A DNA stretch of 64,000 bases, taken from an uncultured archaeon. GTDB taxonomy: Archaea; Altiarchaeota; Altiarchaeia; JAFGQM01. Position 1 is the first letter of the stretch, and each line of letters opens with the position of its first letter. The translations under genes were made by a program, and so were the position numbers. The stretch lies in contig CAZQBY010000005.1 of the NCBI GenBank assembly GCA_964592405.1, positions 24,703 to 88,702 on the forward strand, read 5' to 3'. The notes under the pieces are model-generated. The model did no database searches. It was not told the DNA's origin and saw nothing but the letters and a program-made list of their open reading frames with translations. This document shows, in pieces, positions 30,386-41,310 of the stretch.

Positions 30386-31552
30386 TTATGCGGCTCTGGC
30401 AGCCCCCCATCTCACAAGCAGGCTTGAGAACAGGGCCGGAATTATGAATTTGAAGACTATACTCGATGCCACAATTACCGAGTATAGTCCCACACCCACC
30501 AAACCATTGTCAAAGAGTATCCTGATAATTATTATACTGGTGCTGAACCGCACGGATATCCCAATCCCCAGCAGAATGGAGTGCTTTGTTCCCAGTTCCT
30601 TTCTCCCAATAATCCAGCTTCCTAGGATCTTGGTTCCATTGGATACAAGGACAATCAGAAGTATGAGAAGCGGATAAGAAGCAAGATATCTTATATCCAT
30701 GGTCGCTCCGATCCAGAGGAAGAATATGGGGGCAAAAAAGCCATAGCACATGGTTTTGACTTCGCTTTCTATCATATTCAGCCTCTTGGGGGGTATGAAG
30801 GTTTTGAGGGCGATACCAGAGATGAGGGCAGCAACGGGGGTTGCATATGCGTATTCACCAACCGCCAGAAACAGAAACAGAATGAAGAGCACAAACAGAA
30901 ATGTGCTTTCAATATCCGAGAAGGCAAATCTTCTGCCTTCCTTTTTTAGTTTGGTCAGGCCAAAGGCCAAAGCGAAGAGTGTGAGAAGGGAAGCCAGTAC
31001 TGCCACTATGCTTAAATGTGGTACCGAGGCACTGGACCCTATAACAACCATCAGACACACCAGCAGTATTATTTCAATCACATCATCCAGAATTCCAATT
31101 CCAATTATGCTTTGTCCAAGTTTTGTGTTGATTATCCTGAATTCATCCAGAATAGGAATCAGGACTGCTTCACCAACCGTAGCAAAGGAGGTGGCCACGA
31201 TAATGGAAATAATCCAATCATAGCCAAAGACAAACCGGATCAGGAGACTTCCGAAAAAAGCCTCAAAAAGGATTACAAAAAAGGTTGCCCTGACTATAAA
31301 CCATTCCCGCTTCTTTAACTCCTTCAGATCCAGTTCAAATCCTATGACGAACAGCAGGAAATACATTCCAAGCTGGGCTAGGAAGAGAAAAGTGGGGGAG
31401 GAGGTAACTTCTATAAACGGGTTATGGACAGCAAGCAGGGCACCAAAGATGAGCGCTGCGAATACCCACGGCATGCGTATACGCTCCATCAGCCTCCCAA
31501 CTATGAAAGTAAACAGGAAGGCAATACTCAGGAACAGGAACAGATTAATCAT
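30386..31552 (-). CDS. Cation:proton antiporter (CPA2/Kef-like)
   Basis: About 12 TM helices; LGMYFLLFVIGFELD, ILDD and FFAPIFFLWIG. Confidence 0.9.
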   Translation of the reverse strand: MINLFLFLSIAFLFTFIVGRLMERIRMPWVFAALIFGALLAVHNPFIEVTSSPTFLFLAQLGMYFLLFVIGFELDLKELKKREWFIVRATFFVILFEAFFGSLLIRFVFGYDWIISIIVATSFATVGEAVLIPILDEFRIINTKLGQSIIGIGILDDVIEIILLVCLMVVIGSSASVPHLSIVAVLASLLTLFALAFGLTKLKKEGRRFAFSDIESTFLFVLFILFLFLAVGEYAYATPVAALISGIALKTFIPPKRLNMIESEVKTMCYGFFAPIFFLWIGATMDIRYLASYPLLILLIVLVSNGTKILGSWIIGRKELGTKHSILLGIGISVRFSTSIIIIRILFDNGLVGVGLYSVIVASSIVFKFIIPALFSSLLVRWGAARAA

Positions 31553-31626
31553 GGTATTTATATGCAGAATCTAACCTAAGTATCTATATCTACATCCGAG
31601 GTTATATAAAGTTTTACGGGTAGCTC

Positions 31627-32595
31627 CTATGTGGACTCCAAAAGCGCAACCCTGCTTTCCTCCTTTGTGTCCTTCAGCCTAAACCCCGTCAGTTCCCCGA
31701 GCCTCACGGCCGTCTCTGTTATCTCCTTCTGCGAGAGCATATTGTCCAAAGTTAGCCGTCTCCGGGAATAGCCAACACACATATAGGACTTCACTTCCAC
31801 ATAATCCGGATCCGCCTTTTTTATTAGTTCTGCGAACTTTGGGAGGAATTTCGGATTGTCATTCCAGCCGCGGACCATGGTTACGCGTATCACGCGTCTG
31901 CACCTGAAAAGCGGGAATATGTCTATGCTCTCATTGAGGCGCTCCCAGCCATCGGGGATAAGGGGGCGGTTGAGCTGTTTGTAAAGGCTCTTGGTTGGGG
32001 CCTCAAGACTCAGGTATAGTTGTGTCGGCTCCTTGCTGAGCTCCTTTAGCCTGTCTGGAAATGTCCCATTTGTGACAAGGAAAGTGGAAGTAAAATCATG
32101 TTTGTGAAAACTCTCGATAAGCTCTCCAATCTGCGGATATATGGTGGGCTCACCAGCTAGGCTGATGGCTGCGTGGTTTGGATATTGTGCCTCTTTCCAC
32201 TTCTTCTGATCCACACGGTCCTTCAGCCCGCCATAACCGCTCAGGAGAAGGCGCTGCGCCCTGACAGATTCCTCCACTATGAAATCCGGGTCATCCCACT
32301 CCCTGAGCTCTGTTCCGATTGTCCACTCTACCGGGCGCCAGCAGAAGACGCACTTTTGCGTGCAGTATGCAACAGCCGGTGTCATCTGAAGACAGCGGTG
32401 GGACCTGATGCCATAGAACTTCTCCTTGTAGCAGTAGTCTCTATTCATAAGGCTCCTTCTGAGCCACTCACAGGTCTTCACAGCCGAATGCCTGCCCACG
32501 AGGTGATAGTGTTGCTTCACCAGAAGCTTCCGCAATTCCTCCGGGAGTATCGGTTCTTTGGTTCCGGACTTCCCGCCCTCTTCCTCAGAAGCCAT
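31627..32595 (-). CDS. taw1: 4-demethylwyosine synthase (radical SAM TYW1/Taw1)
   Basis: HSAVKTCEW, CYKEKFYGIRSHRCLQMTP, CTQKCVFCWR, ISLAGEPT and EVKSYM. Confidence 0.96.
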   Translation of the reverse strand: MASEEEGGKSGTKEPILPEELRKLLVKQHYHLVGRHSAVKTCEWLRRSLMNRDYCYKEKFYGIRSHRCLQMTPAVAYCTQKCVFCWRPVEWTIGTELREWDDPDFIVEESVRAQRLLLSGYGGLKDRVDQKKWKEAQYPNHAAISLAGEPTIYPQIGELIESFHKHDFTSTFLVTNGTFPDRLKELSKEPTQLYLSLEAPTKSLYKQLNRPLIPDGWERLNESIDIFPLFRCRRVIRVTMVRGWNDNPKFLPKFAELIKKADPDYVEVKSYMCVGYSRRRLTLDNMLSQKEITETAVRLGELTGFRLKDTKEESRVALLEST

Positions 32596-32721
32596 AGGCT
32601 GTAATCTGAAACTGCTGACAGAAAAATGGCTTTTTTAGGGACATAAAATCTGTCCGAAAACCATCATGTTTTTATACTTTAAGGCGTTAACAATTCCGGT
32701 TTATTCTTTTAACTGACTAAA

Positions 32722-33033
32722 ATGGCAAGATTTGTTGTTGCGAGGCAGTTGGGCGGTAAACGGGCCATTACGACCACCGGGAAGGAGATAGGCAGAATTG
32801 ACGACATAATAGTTGATGAGGCCACCGGCGAGATGGAGAGTATTATTATAGAACCGGACTCAGAAACAGCAGAAGATGTCAGGTTCCCAAAGGACAGCAG
32901 GGGCGACTTTGTAATACCTTTCAAGGCCGTGAGGGCAATTAGCGATGTGGTTGTTGTTGAGGAGGCCCCAGCGCCTGTCGGGCCCGCGGCTGCTCCGGCA
33001 GCACCCAGACACCACCACCACAGCTCTGCTTAA
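32722..33033 (+). CDS. PRC-barrel domain protein (CdpB1-like)
   Basis: ARQLGGKRAITTTGKEIGRIDDIIVD...IPFKAVRAISDVVVV. Confidence 0.87.
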   Translation: MARFVVARQLGGKRAITTTGKEIGRIDDIIVDEATGEMESIIIEPDSETAEDVRFPKDSRGDFVIPFKAVRAISDVVVVEEAPAPVGPAAAPAAPRHHHHSSA

Positions 33034-33090
33034 GCTCCACTTTCTCCAGACCCGTTAAACTTGTCAGATTCCAAGTCCCTGTAGGATGGG

Positions 33091-33870
33091 TTAGGACCTA
33101 TCTAATCTTTTCTTACCTTCTTCTTTCACTGCCCTGACCAATCTGTGCACCTTTCCTTTGACATCCTTCGCATTTTCTATGGCAGTCCCCACTTGGACAG
33201 CGTCTGCGCCCGCCCTGATGTCGGTGCGCACCTGCTCCTCGGTCCGAATACCACCAGCAACAATATAGAAGGTCTTTGGGCTTATGACCGTGCTGACAGC
33301 CTTTACCATCTCTGCGGGAATAGGCCTTGGTGGGTTGGAGCCAGCATCCGTTAAGACAAACCTGAAGCCCATCATCTCAGCTGCCAGTGCAGTGGCGGCT
33401 GCAATCTTCGGCTTGCTCAGGGGTATGGGTTTTGCGTCACCCACCCATGAAACTGTCCCCCCATCACCAACAACCAGATATGCGACCGGCAGCGGTTCGA
33501 TGCCTATCTTCCTGATGACAGGTGCTGCAAGAGTCTGTGCCTCTGTTATCCAGTAGGGGTTACGGGAGTTGAGCATGGACATAAAATATATAGAGTCGGC
33601 TTTGGCGGTCAGTGTTGCTATATTGCCGGGGAAGAGATTTACCGGAATATCAACAACCTCTTTGATCTTGGAAACGGTTTCGTCGAGTGCCCGGCCCTGA
33701 ACACCTGTCGATCCCCCCACAACTATAAGATCGGCACCTGCTTCATAGGCGCTTGCAGCCACACCTGCAGCATCCTTCAGAGACTTGTAATCAAGAGGAT
33801 CGATGACCGCAAAGAACAGGGCACCATCCTCTCTCTTCTTGTCATTCAGATAATCCTCTACCTTCCCCAT
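33091..33870 (-). CDS. Geranylgeranylglyceryl phosphate synthase (PcrB/GGGPS)
   Basis: IDP, VGGSTG, LFPG, FMSMLNSRNPYWI, DAGS, VAGGIR and GADAVQVGT. Confidence 0.94.
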   Translation of the reverse strand: MGKVEDYLNDKKREDGALFFAVIDPLDYKSLKDAAGVAASAYEAGADLIVVGGSTGVQGRALDETVSKIKEVVDIPVNLFPGNIATLTAKADSIYFMSMLNSRNPYWITEAQTLAAPVIRKIGIEPLPVAYLVVGDGGTVSWVGDAKPIPLSKPKIAAATALAAEMMGFRFVLTDAGSNPPRPIPAEMVKAVSTVISPKTFYIVAGGIRTEEQVRTDIRAGADAVQVGTAIENAKDVKGKVHRLVRAVKEEGKKRLDRS

Positions 33871-33909
33871 CGCTCCTATATTTTAATACAAACCCATAAA
33901 AACCTACTG

Positions 33910-35184
33910 ATGGCAGATTTGTTGGTGAGGGGTGGGAAGATCGTCGGACCAACAACAATACTCGAGGCCAATTTGGTTATAGACGATGGCAGGATATCAA
34001 ACATCACCAAGCAGGACGTCCCAGCAGATGAGACAGTGGATGCGCGCGGACTTTATGTCATCCCCGGTCTGATAGATGCACACGTACACTTTCGTGACTT
34101 TGGGCAATCCTACAAGGCCGACTGGAAGAGTGAGTCACGTGCAGCCGCCGCTGGCGGCGTCACGACGGTCCTTGACATGCCCAACAACAAGCCCAGTATA
34201 AATAATAACAGGCGCCTGGAAGAGAAGCGGGAGATTGCCAGTAAGAAAAGCATTGTCGACTTCGGTCTGTATTTTGGAGCAGAGAACAACAATTTAGAGG
34301 AGATAAAAAATCTGGAGAATATTGCCGGAGTCAAGTTTTTCTTGGGAAAGAGCACAGGTGATCTGCTCTTCAATGAGGAAAATCTGCCTCAATTCTTCAG
34401 GGTGCTTAAGGAGAGGGGCATGCTCGCTGCCTGCCACTGTGAAAAGCTCGCTCTCCTTGAGAAATACAGGAGAGATAATTTCAGATATTTCTCTGATGTG
34501 CGCCCGACAATATGTGAGAGCATGTCCATAAGGGATGTTATCCACAGCATGCATAACAACAGGGTACATATCTGCCATGTTACAAGTGATATGGGAGTAA
34601 GGGAGATTATCAAGGCAAAAAAACTAAACAGAAAGTTCAGTTGCGAGGTTACCCCACAACACCTCCTTCTCAGCAAGCTCGATGAGGCTGATGCCGGCAG
34701 TTATCTGAAAATGTATCCCCCTCTGCGCCCAAAGCCTGACCAGACAGCTCTCCGGCGCGCATTAAAAGCCGGTATAATCGATATGGTTGTCACAGATCAT
34801 GCACCCCATACTATTGAGGAGAAAGGAGAGGACTTCGACAAAGCCCCCGGCGGCGTTCCGGGAATAGAGACACGCCTGCCGCTAGTACTTGGCATTCTCG
34901 AACTTAGGGGGCTGGTCGAAACGTGTGCGCGCAGACCAGCCGAAATATTCCATATAGAGAGAAAGGGTATCCTGAGTGAGGGATATGATGCAGATTTTGT
35001 ACTGCTGGATTTGAATAAAGAATACAGGATAAGGAATGATGCCCTTTTCACAAAATGCGGCTGGAGTCCCTTCAACGGCTGGACCGTCAGGGGAAAAGTT
35101 GAAGCAACATATGTAAGGGGGTCTCAGGTATTCGATGGGGAGCAACCCATAGAAAACAAGGGCTCTGAAGTCCGGTTCACCTAA
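33910..35184 (+). CDS. pyrC: Dihydroorotase
   Basis: PGLIDAHVHFR, DMPN, HCE, HICHV, CEVTPQHL and TDHAPH; first gene of the pyr cluster. Confidence 0.95.
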   Translation: MADLLVRGGKIVGPTTILEANLVIDDGRISNITKQDVPADETVDARGLYVIPGLIDAHVHFRDFGQSYKADWKSESRAAAAGGVTTVLDMPNNKPSINNNRRLEEKREIASKKSIVDFGLYFGAENNNLEEIKNLENIAGVKFFLGKSTGDLLFNEENLPQFFRVLKERGMLAACHCEKLALLEKYRRDNFRYFSDVRPTICESMSIRDVIHSMHNNRVHICHVTSDMGVREIIKAKKLNRKFSCEVTPQHLLLSKLDEADAGSYLKMYPPLRPKPDQTALRRALKAGIIDMVVTDHAPHTIEEKGEDFDKAPGGVPGIETRLPLVLGILELRGLVETCARRPAEIFHIERKGILSEGYDADFVLLDLNKEYRIRNDALFTKCGWSPFNGWTVRGKVEATYVRGSQVFDGEQPIENKGSEVRFT

Positions 35185-35244
35185 ACCTTTTATATGCCAA
35201 ATCTCTAAAATAAATAAATTCTCACCTTGTAGCGGAGACGCTGC

Positions 35245-36360
35245 ATGTTGAGTGGGGGTTTGATGGTAAGGGGCGCGCTTATACTACAGGATGGCACAGT
35301 TGTTGAGGGGGAAGGTTTTGGAGCCATCAAGGATGCCGAGGGAGAGGTAGTTTTTAATACCTCAATGGCTGGCTATCAGGAATGTCTGACAGACCCTTCG
35401 TATAAATATCAGATACTCATGCCCACATACCCACTCATAGGCAACTATGGCATAACCCCGGAACGCTTTGAGTCAGACAGGATTCAGGTTGAGGGGTTCA
35501 TTGTCAGGCAACTCTGTGAGAAGCCCAGTCATGGCCGCATGCTCAAGAAGCTGGATGAGTGGCTGGAGGAGGAGGACATACCGGGCCTGCAGGGAGTTGA
35601 TACCCGTTTTCTGACGCGGAAAATAAGGAATATGGGAGTAATGAATGGTATTCTGAAACTTCCTTATGAGCCCAGGGAGCTCGATGGTCTGAAAGAGCGC
35701 GCACAGAAGTTGAAATCGATCTCGGAGCTGGATCTGGTGGACCTAGTCACAGTAAAAAAGCCTATGCTACATGAGCCAAAGAGCGGTGAGATTAGGAAGA
35801 CTGTGGTCCTCATAGACTGTGGAACCAAGATGTCCATAGTCCGGAATCTGGTGGACAGAGGGTGCAGGGTTATACGTGTGCCGGCAGGGACAGCTGCAAA
35901 AAATCTTTTGGACTACAATCCGGATGGCGTGATGATATCAAACGGCCCAGGCGACCCGGAGCGCGCGGATTACGTAACCAAAAATATCAAAAAACTTATT
36001 GATGAACAGTTGCCCATATTTGGTATATGCTTTGGCAACCAGCTTGTTGGGCGTGCACTGGGAGGAAAGACATACAAACTGAAGTTCGGCCACCGTGGTG
36101 CCAACCAACCGGTGAAGGATCTGCAAACCAACAAGGTCTATGTCACATCCCAGAACCATGGCTTTGCATTGGATGCGGATAGCCTTCCCAAGGACGAGGT
36201 AAAGGTTACTCACATCAACCTGAATGACAACAGCGTAGAGGGCATAGCCCACAAATCACTGCCTGTATACACTATCCAGTATCATCCAGAGGCACATGCC
36301 GGTCCATGGGACAGCGAATATCTTTTTGACGATTTTATAGCCATGATGCAGTCTCACTGA
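35245..36360 (+). CDS. carA: Carbamoyl-phosphate synthase small subunit
   Basis: GEVVFNTSMAGYQE, SNGPGDP, GICFGNQ, FGHRGANQPV and QYHPEA. Confidence 0.97.
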   Translation: MLSGGLMVRGALILQDGTVVEGEGFGAIKDAEGEVVFNTSMAGYQECLTDPSYKYQILMPTYPLIGNYGITPERFESDRIQVEGFIVRQLCEKPSHGRMLKKLDEWLEEEDIPGLQGVDTRFLTRKIRNMGVMNGILKLPYEPRELDGLKERAQKLKSISELDLVDLVTVKKPMLHEPKSGEIRKTVVLIDCGTKMSIVRNLVDRGCRVIRVPAGTAAKNLLDYNPDGVMISNGPGDPERADYVTKNIKKLIDEQLPIFGICFGNQLVGRALGGKTYKLKFGHRGANQPVKDLQTNKVYVTSQNHGFALDADSLPKDEVKVTHINLNDNSVEGIAHKSLPVYTIQYHPEAHAGPWDSEYLFDDFIAMMQSH

Positions 36361-36411
36361 TGGGAATTGCTAGAACCGCTGATAAGGACAGAAATATGGA
36401 AAAAGTGGGAA

Positions 36412-39400
36412 ATGAAGCGTGAAGACATAGGAAAGGTCCTGATAATAGGAAGCGGCCCGATACAGATAGGTCAGGCTGCCGAGTTCGATTACAGTGGCAG
36501 CCAGGCATGTCTTAGTCTGAGAGAGGAGGGTATCCGGACAGTCTTGGTAAACAACAATCCTGCCACCATACAGACTGATACTGATATTGCCGATGTGGTC
36601 TATCTGGAGCCGTTGATGCCAGAGAGTCTGGAAAAAATAATAAAAACAGAGCAACCTGACGGCATACTGCCAACTATGGGTGGACAGACCGGGCTGAACT
36701 TGGCAGTTGAGCTAGACCGCCTTGGTATCCTGGACAGATATGGTGTTGAGGTTCTTGGAACCCCAATTGACACAATCAAGAAGGCCGAAGGACGAAAAGA
36801 ATTTGCAGAGCTGATGAACAAAATTGGTGAGCCCATATGCAAGAGCAAATCCGTTTTTAGTCTGCACGAGGCACAGGAGGCAATATTTGACATAGGTTAT
36901 CCTGCAATAATAAGACCAGGATACACCCTTGGGGGAACTGGTGGGGGGGTGGTGTTTGATGAAAAGGACCTCCCTAGAATAGTCCAGCGCGCACTCAGCA
37001 GAAGCAAGAACGGCGAAGCACTGGTAGAGGAATATGTCGGAGGGTGGAAGGAGATAGAATATGAAGTCATGCGCGATTCAAATGACAACTGCATAACTGT
37101 CTGCAACATGGAGAATGTTGACCCAATGGGAATACACACGGGTGAGAGCATAGTCGTTGCTCCGACCCAGACGCTTAACGATATGGAATATCAGCTGCTC
37201 CGAACAGCATCGCTCAATATTATACGCGCGCTTGGTGTGGAGGGTGGATGTAATGTCCAACTGGCCCTGCACCCGAAGACCATGGACTATCGGGTAATTG
37301 AGGTCAATCCAAGGGTTTCAAGGTCATCTGCCCTGGCCTCCAAGGCCACGGGCTATCCAATCGCACGTGTGGCGGCAAAGATAGCCGTTGGCATGACATT
37401 GGATGAAATACCCAACGAAGTTACAAAAACTACCCCGGCTTCTTTTGAGCCAGCCTTGGACTATATAGTATGCAAGATACCACGCTGGCCATTTGACAAA
37501 TTCAGGGGAATGTCACGCAGAATAGGGACTGAGATGAAGAGTACAGGAGAGGTAATGAGTATCGGCAGGACATTTGAAGAAGCCCTTCAGAAAGCCATAC
37601 GCTCTCTGGACCAGAGAAGAATGGGCATATGTGCAGATGGGCGCCGGGAGGAAAAAAACGACGACATTATAAAAGAGCAACTGGAAAACCCAACCGATAC
37701 ACGCATATTCTATCTCTATGATGCGCTTAAGAAGGGCTGGAGTATAAATGAGCTTTATAAATACACCAAGATAGACCGATTCTTCTTGGAGAAACTCGGG
37801 AATATAGTCAGGATGGAGGAGCAGCTTAAGAGGGCAGGAAACAGGCTGACTCCAAAGCTGTTGCGGAAGGCCAAGAGGCTTGGCTTCTCCGATTTCCAGA
37901 TAGCAAATTTGTCCGGAAGGTCTGAGAGGGATATCAGGGAGCTAAGGAAGGGACACAAAATCGAAACGACGTTCAAAATGGTTGACACCTGCGCGGCTGA
38001 GTTTGAGGCAAAAACACCATATTATTACTCAAGTTATGAGACTGAGAATGAGACCAAGACATCACACCGAAAGAAGGTTATTATCCTTGGAGGGGGTCCG
38101 ATACGTATAGGGCAGGGCGTTGAATTCGATTACTGCACTGTTCATGCAGTTCTGGCCCTGAGGGAGATGGGATATGAAGCCATCATAATCAACAATAATC
38201 CGGAGACTGTATCAACGGATTTTGACACCTCAGATAAGCTGTATTTTGAGCCCCTAACCGTGGAGGATGTCCTGAATGTAGTTGACCGGGAGAAGGAAAA
38301 CCTAGTCGGCATTATGGTGCAGTTTGGTGGTCAGACTGCAATAAATATCTCCGAAGGGCTGGCGGATTCCGGAGTGAGGATACTTGGGACACCGGCCGAG
38401 GCAATAAATCTGGCAGAGGACCGGAAGAGCTTTGGGAGAATGCTAAAAAAACTGGGAATTCCCTCTCCGGAGTGGGGTACTGCAATGTCATTTGACGAGG
38501 CTCTGGAAACTGCACACAAAATCGGATATCCTGTCTTGGTAAGGCCCTCCTATGTTCTTGGTGGCAGGGCAATGGAGATAGTGTTCAATGATGAGGATCT
38601 GGAGTCTTATATGAGGGAGGCAACCAGAGTCTCACCAAAACATCCCATACTAATAGATAAATTCTTGGATGGAGCAACGGAGATAGATGTGGACGCTGTC
38701 TGTGATGGAAAGGATGTTTATGTAGGTGGTATAATGGAGCATATAGAAGAAGCAGGCATACACTCCGGAGACTCCTGCTGTGTTGTCCCGCCGCAAATAC
38801 TTGATGAGGAGACAATCAGCACGATAACTGAATACACCAAGAAACTGGCTTTGGGCCTTAAGACCCTCGGGCTGATAAACATACAGTATGCAGTAAAGGA
38901 TAAGAGGGTCTATGTTCTGGAGGCAAACCCGCGTTCATCAAGGACCATACCCTTCATTTCCAAAGCCACGGGTGTCCCACTTGCCAAGATTGCAGTCAGG
39001 GTGATAATGGGCGAGAGACTGAGGGACATCCTGGACAGCTTTGATTATACAAGGAAGATTAACCACGTGGCTGTCAAGGAGGTTGTACTTCCATTTGACA
39101 AGTTGAGAATAGACCCGATATTAACTCCCGAAATGCGCAGTACTGGGGAATCCATGGGAATAGACCACAACTTTGGTAATGCATACTACAAAGCGCAATA
39201 CGGGGCAGGGATACGCCTGCCGGATAGGGGCAACGTCTTCTTCTCAATAGGCGATGACAGGGAAAAAAAGGAGGCTGCCAAACTGGCAAAGCAGCTGGCT
39301 GACATGGGTTTTGACATCTATGCTACAGAGGGGACCTACAATGTTATGCTAAGAGAGGGGGTCGGTGCGCACATGCTAAAGAAGGTGAGCGAAGGCAGCC

Positions 39401-39642
39401 CAAATGCTGTTGACATGATAGAAGGGAAAAGACTGGACTTTGTGATAAATGTCCCAAAAAGAGGGGTAAAGGCACGTGATGACGAGCGCCGTATAAGGTT
39501 TGCCGTGCTGGACTATGACATCCCATATGTGACGACCATGGCTGGGGCGAGGGCAGCAGTGGAGGCAATAAAAAGCGCGCGGGCAGGCGACATAGAAACA
39601 AGGAGTCTAAACAATTATTTTGAAAAAACCAAAGAAAACTGA
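36412..39642 (+). CDS. carB: Carbamoyl-phosphate synthase large subunit
   Basis: IGSGPIQIGQAAEFDYSG, two ATP-grasp modules and an MGS-like C-terminal domain; start set to the ATG at 36412. Confidence 0.98.
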   Translation: MKREDIGKVLIIGSGPIQIGQAAEFDYSGSQACLSLREEGIRTVLVNNNPATIQTDTDIADVVYLEPLMPESLEKIIKTEQPDGILPTMGGQTGLNLAVELDRLGILDRYGVEVLGTPIDTIKKAEGRKEFAELMNKIGEPICKSKSVFSLHEAQEAIFDIGYPAIIRPGYTLGGTGGGVVFDEKDLPRIVQRALSRSKNGEALVEEYVGGWKEIEYEVMRDSNDNCITVCNMENVDPMGIHTGESIVVAPTQTLNDMEYQLLRTASLNIIRALGVEGGCNVQLALHPKTMDYRVIEVNPRVSRSSALASKATGYPIARVAAKIAVGMTLDEIPNEVTKTTPASFEPALDYIVCKIPRWPFDKFRGMSRRIGTEMKSTGEVMSIGRTFEEALQKAIRSLDQRRMGICADGRREEKNDDIIKEQLENPTDTRIFYLYDALKKGWSINELYKYTKIDRFFLEKLGNIVRMEEQLKRAGNRLTPKLLRKAKRLGFSDFQIANLSGRSERDIRELRKGHKIETTFKMVDTCAAEFEAKTPYYYSSYETENETKTSHRKKVIILGGGPIRIGQGVEFDYCTVHAVLALREMGYEAIIINNNPETVSTDFDTSDKLYFEPLTVEDVLNVVDREKENLVGIMVQFGGQTAINISEGLADSGVRILGTPAEAINLAEDRKSFGRMLKKLGIPSPEWGTAMSFDEALETAHKIGYPVLVRPSYVLGGRAMEIVFNDEDLESYMREATRVSPKHPILIDKFLDGATEIDVDAVCDGKDVYVGGIMEHIEEAGIHSGDSCCVVPPQILDEETISTITEYTKKLALGLKTLGLINIQYAVKDKRVYVLEANPRSSRTIPFISKATGVPLAKIAVRVIMGERLRDILDSFDYTRKINHVAVKEVVLPFDKLRIDPILTPEMRSTGESMGIDHNFGNAYYKAQYGAGIRLPDRGNVFFSIGDDREKKEAAKLAKQLADMGFDIYATEGTYNVMLREGVGAHMLKKVSEGSPNAVDMIEGKRLDFVINVPKRGVKARDDERRIRFAVLDYDIPYVTTMAGARAAVEAIKSARAGDIETRSLNNYFEKTKEN

Positions 39643-39674
39643 GAATTTTAATAATCAAAGACCTAAACTAAACG

Positions 39675-40574
39675 ATGGATATTATCTCTACAAGATCGAT
39701 GGATAAGGATCTTATAGAAGAGATTATCGGGAGTGCCAAAAGATATGATTCAGACAAGGACTTTACTAATGTCTTGAGGGGAAAGATACTTGCAACCCTC
39801 TTCTTCGAACCCTCCACAAGGACCCGCTTCTCTTTTCAGACAGCCATGCAGAGATTGGGTGGAAAGTGTGTGGGGTTTTCATCGGTGGAGGGAACGTCTG
39901 TCAAGAAGGGTGAGACCCTTGTGGACACAATAAGGATTATCTCCGGCTATGCAGACTGCATTGTTGTGCGCCACTCCAAGGAAGGGGCGGCCAAACTGGC
40001 TTCTGAAGTATCTCAGGTTCCGGTTATAAACGGTGGTGACGGGAGCCACGACCACCCGACACAGACACTTCTGGATTTATACACCATCAGAAAGAATCTT
40101 GGCGGCTTTGACGGATTGAACATAGGCATTTGTGGTGATTTGAGATATGGCAGAACTGGCAGACCCCTGTCAATAGCCCTTAGTAATTGGAATGTCAATC
40201 TGTATTATATCTCCCCCCCACAGCTCAGTATGGACAAGGGGACCATACGCTATCTAAAAAGCTCGGGCATAACTGTCAATGAGGTCATGAAGATTGAGCA
40301 GGTCATAAAGGAGCTGGATGTACTCTACATGACGCGCATACAAAGAGAGAGGTTTCCAACAGAAGAGGAGTATCTGAAGTTTAAGGGAGTCTATGTGGTT
40401 GATAAGGAGCTCATGTCTAAGGCCAAGGAGGATTTTATACTTATGCATCCACTGCCCCGCGTGGATGAGATAAGTACTGAGGTGGATAGTGACCCACGTG
40501 CCAAATACTTTGAGCAGGCACGCAATGGCATACCAACAAGAATGGCAGTTCTCCACAAGGCAATTACAGGATGA
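39675..40574 (+). CDS. pyrB: Aspartate carbamoyltransferase catalytic subunit
   Basis: FFEPSTRTR, HPTQTLLD, TRIQRER and MHPLPR. Confidence 0.98.
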   Translation: MDIISTRSMDKDLIEEIIGSAKRYDSDKDFTNVLRGKILATLFFEPSTRTRFSFQTAMQRLGGKCVGFSSVEGTSVKKGETLVDTIRIISGYADCIVVRHSKEGAAKLASEVSQVPVINGGDGSHDHPTQTLLDLYTIRKNLGGFDGLNIGICGDLRYGRTGRPLSIALSNWNVNLYYISPPQLSMDKGTIRYLKSSGITVNEVMKIEQVIKELDVLYMTRIQRERFPTEEEYLKFKGVYVVDKELMSKAKEDFILMHPLPRVDEISTEVDSDPRAKYFEQARNGIPTRMAVLHKAITG

Positions 40575-41020
40575 CTAAAAAAACCCTAAAGGTGCAGAAA
40601 ATTGAAGAGGGGACGGTAATAGATCATATAACTGCAGGTAAGGGTTGGGAGGTCGTCAGACTGCTTGGCTTTGAGGAATTTCCGGAGACAGTTATGGTTC
40701 TATCTAATGTCCATTCAAGAAGTATGGGTAAGAAAGATGTTATAAAGGTTGAACACAAACAGCTGGACAAAAATGAGGTTAATAAGATAGCTCTTGTTTC
40801 CCCAAAGGCGTCTGTCAATCTGATCAGGGAATTTGAGGTTAAAAAGAAGTACAGGGTAGAACTCGAGAAGGAGATTATCGGGATACTTAGATGCACAAAC
40901 CCGGCCTGTGTTACCCACGTGGAGCCGGTAAAGACAAGATTCACGGTCGAGAAACAGGATCCTCTGACTCTCAGGTGTACCTACTGTGAGAGGATACAAA
41001 GGGGATTGGACTTCGTCTGA
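40571..41020 (+). CDS. pyrI: Aspartate carbamoyltransferase regulatory subunit
   Basis: GTVIDHI, KKDVIK and Zn ligands CTNPAC...CTYC. Confidence 0.97.
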   Translation: MTKKTLKVQKIEEGTVIDHITAGKGWEVVRLLGFEEFPETVMVLSNVHSRSMGKKDVIKVEHKQLDKNEVNKIALVSPKASVNLIREFEVKKKYRVELEKEIIGILRCTNPACVTHVEPVKTRFTVEKQDPLTLRCTYCERIQRGLDFV

Positions 41021-41025
41021 ATATT

Positions 41026-41310
41026 ATGGCAGGTAGAGGCAGGAGACGCGCAAGAAGAGTTGCAGATGTGAGGCCCCCCCTTATCCCACTCATGGCCAGA
41101 GGGGAACTCCAAAGGCTGAAAGAAAAACACAGTGGGCCCCAAAGTGATTCAATGTTTGCGGCAGAGTTTGTCAAATTAGCGAAGCGACATGGCATAAGCC
41201 CTATGGATTTAATCCGGTTTGGTCTTACCAAAAACCCACCCGACCAGCGCAGGATTATAGCTATTCTGAATGAACTTGATCCGGAAGCAAATGCCCGACC
41301 ACTGGATTAA
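41026..41310 (+). CDS. Small basic hypothetical protein
   Basis: 94-aa ORF filling the pyrI-argF gap exactly; Arg-rich N-terminus. Confidence 0.55.
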   Translation: MAGRGRRRARRVADVRPPLIPLMARGELQRLKEKHSGPQSDSMFAAEFVKLAKRHGISPMDLIRFGLTKNPPDQRRIIAILNELDPEANARPLD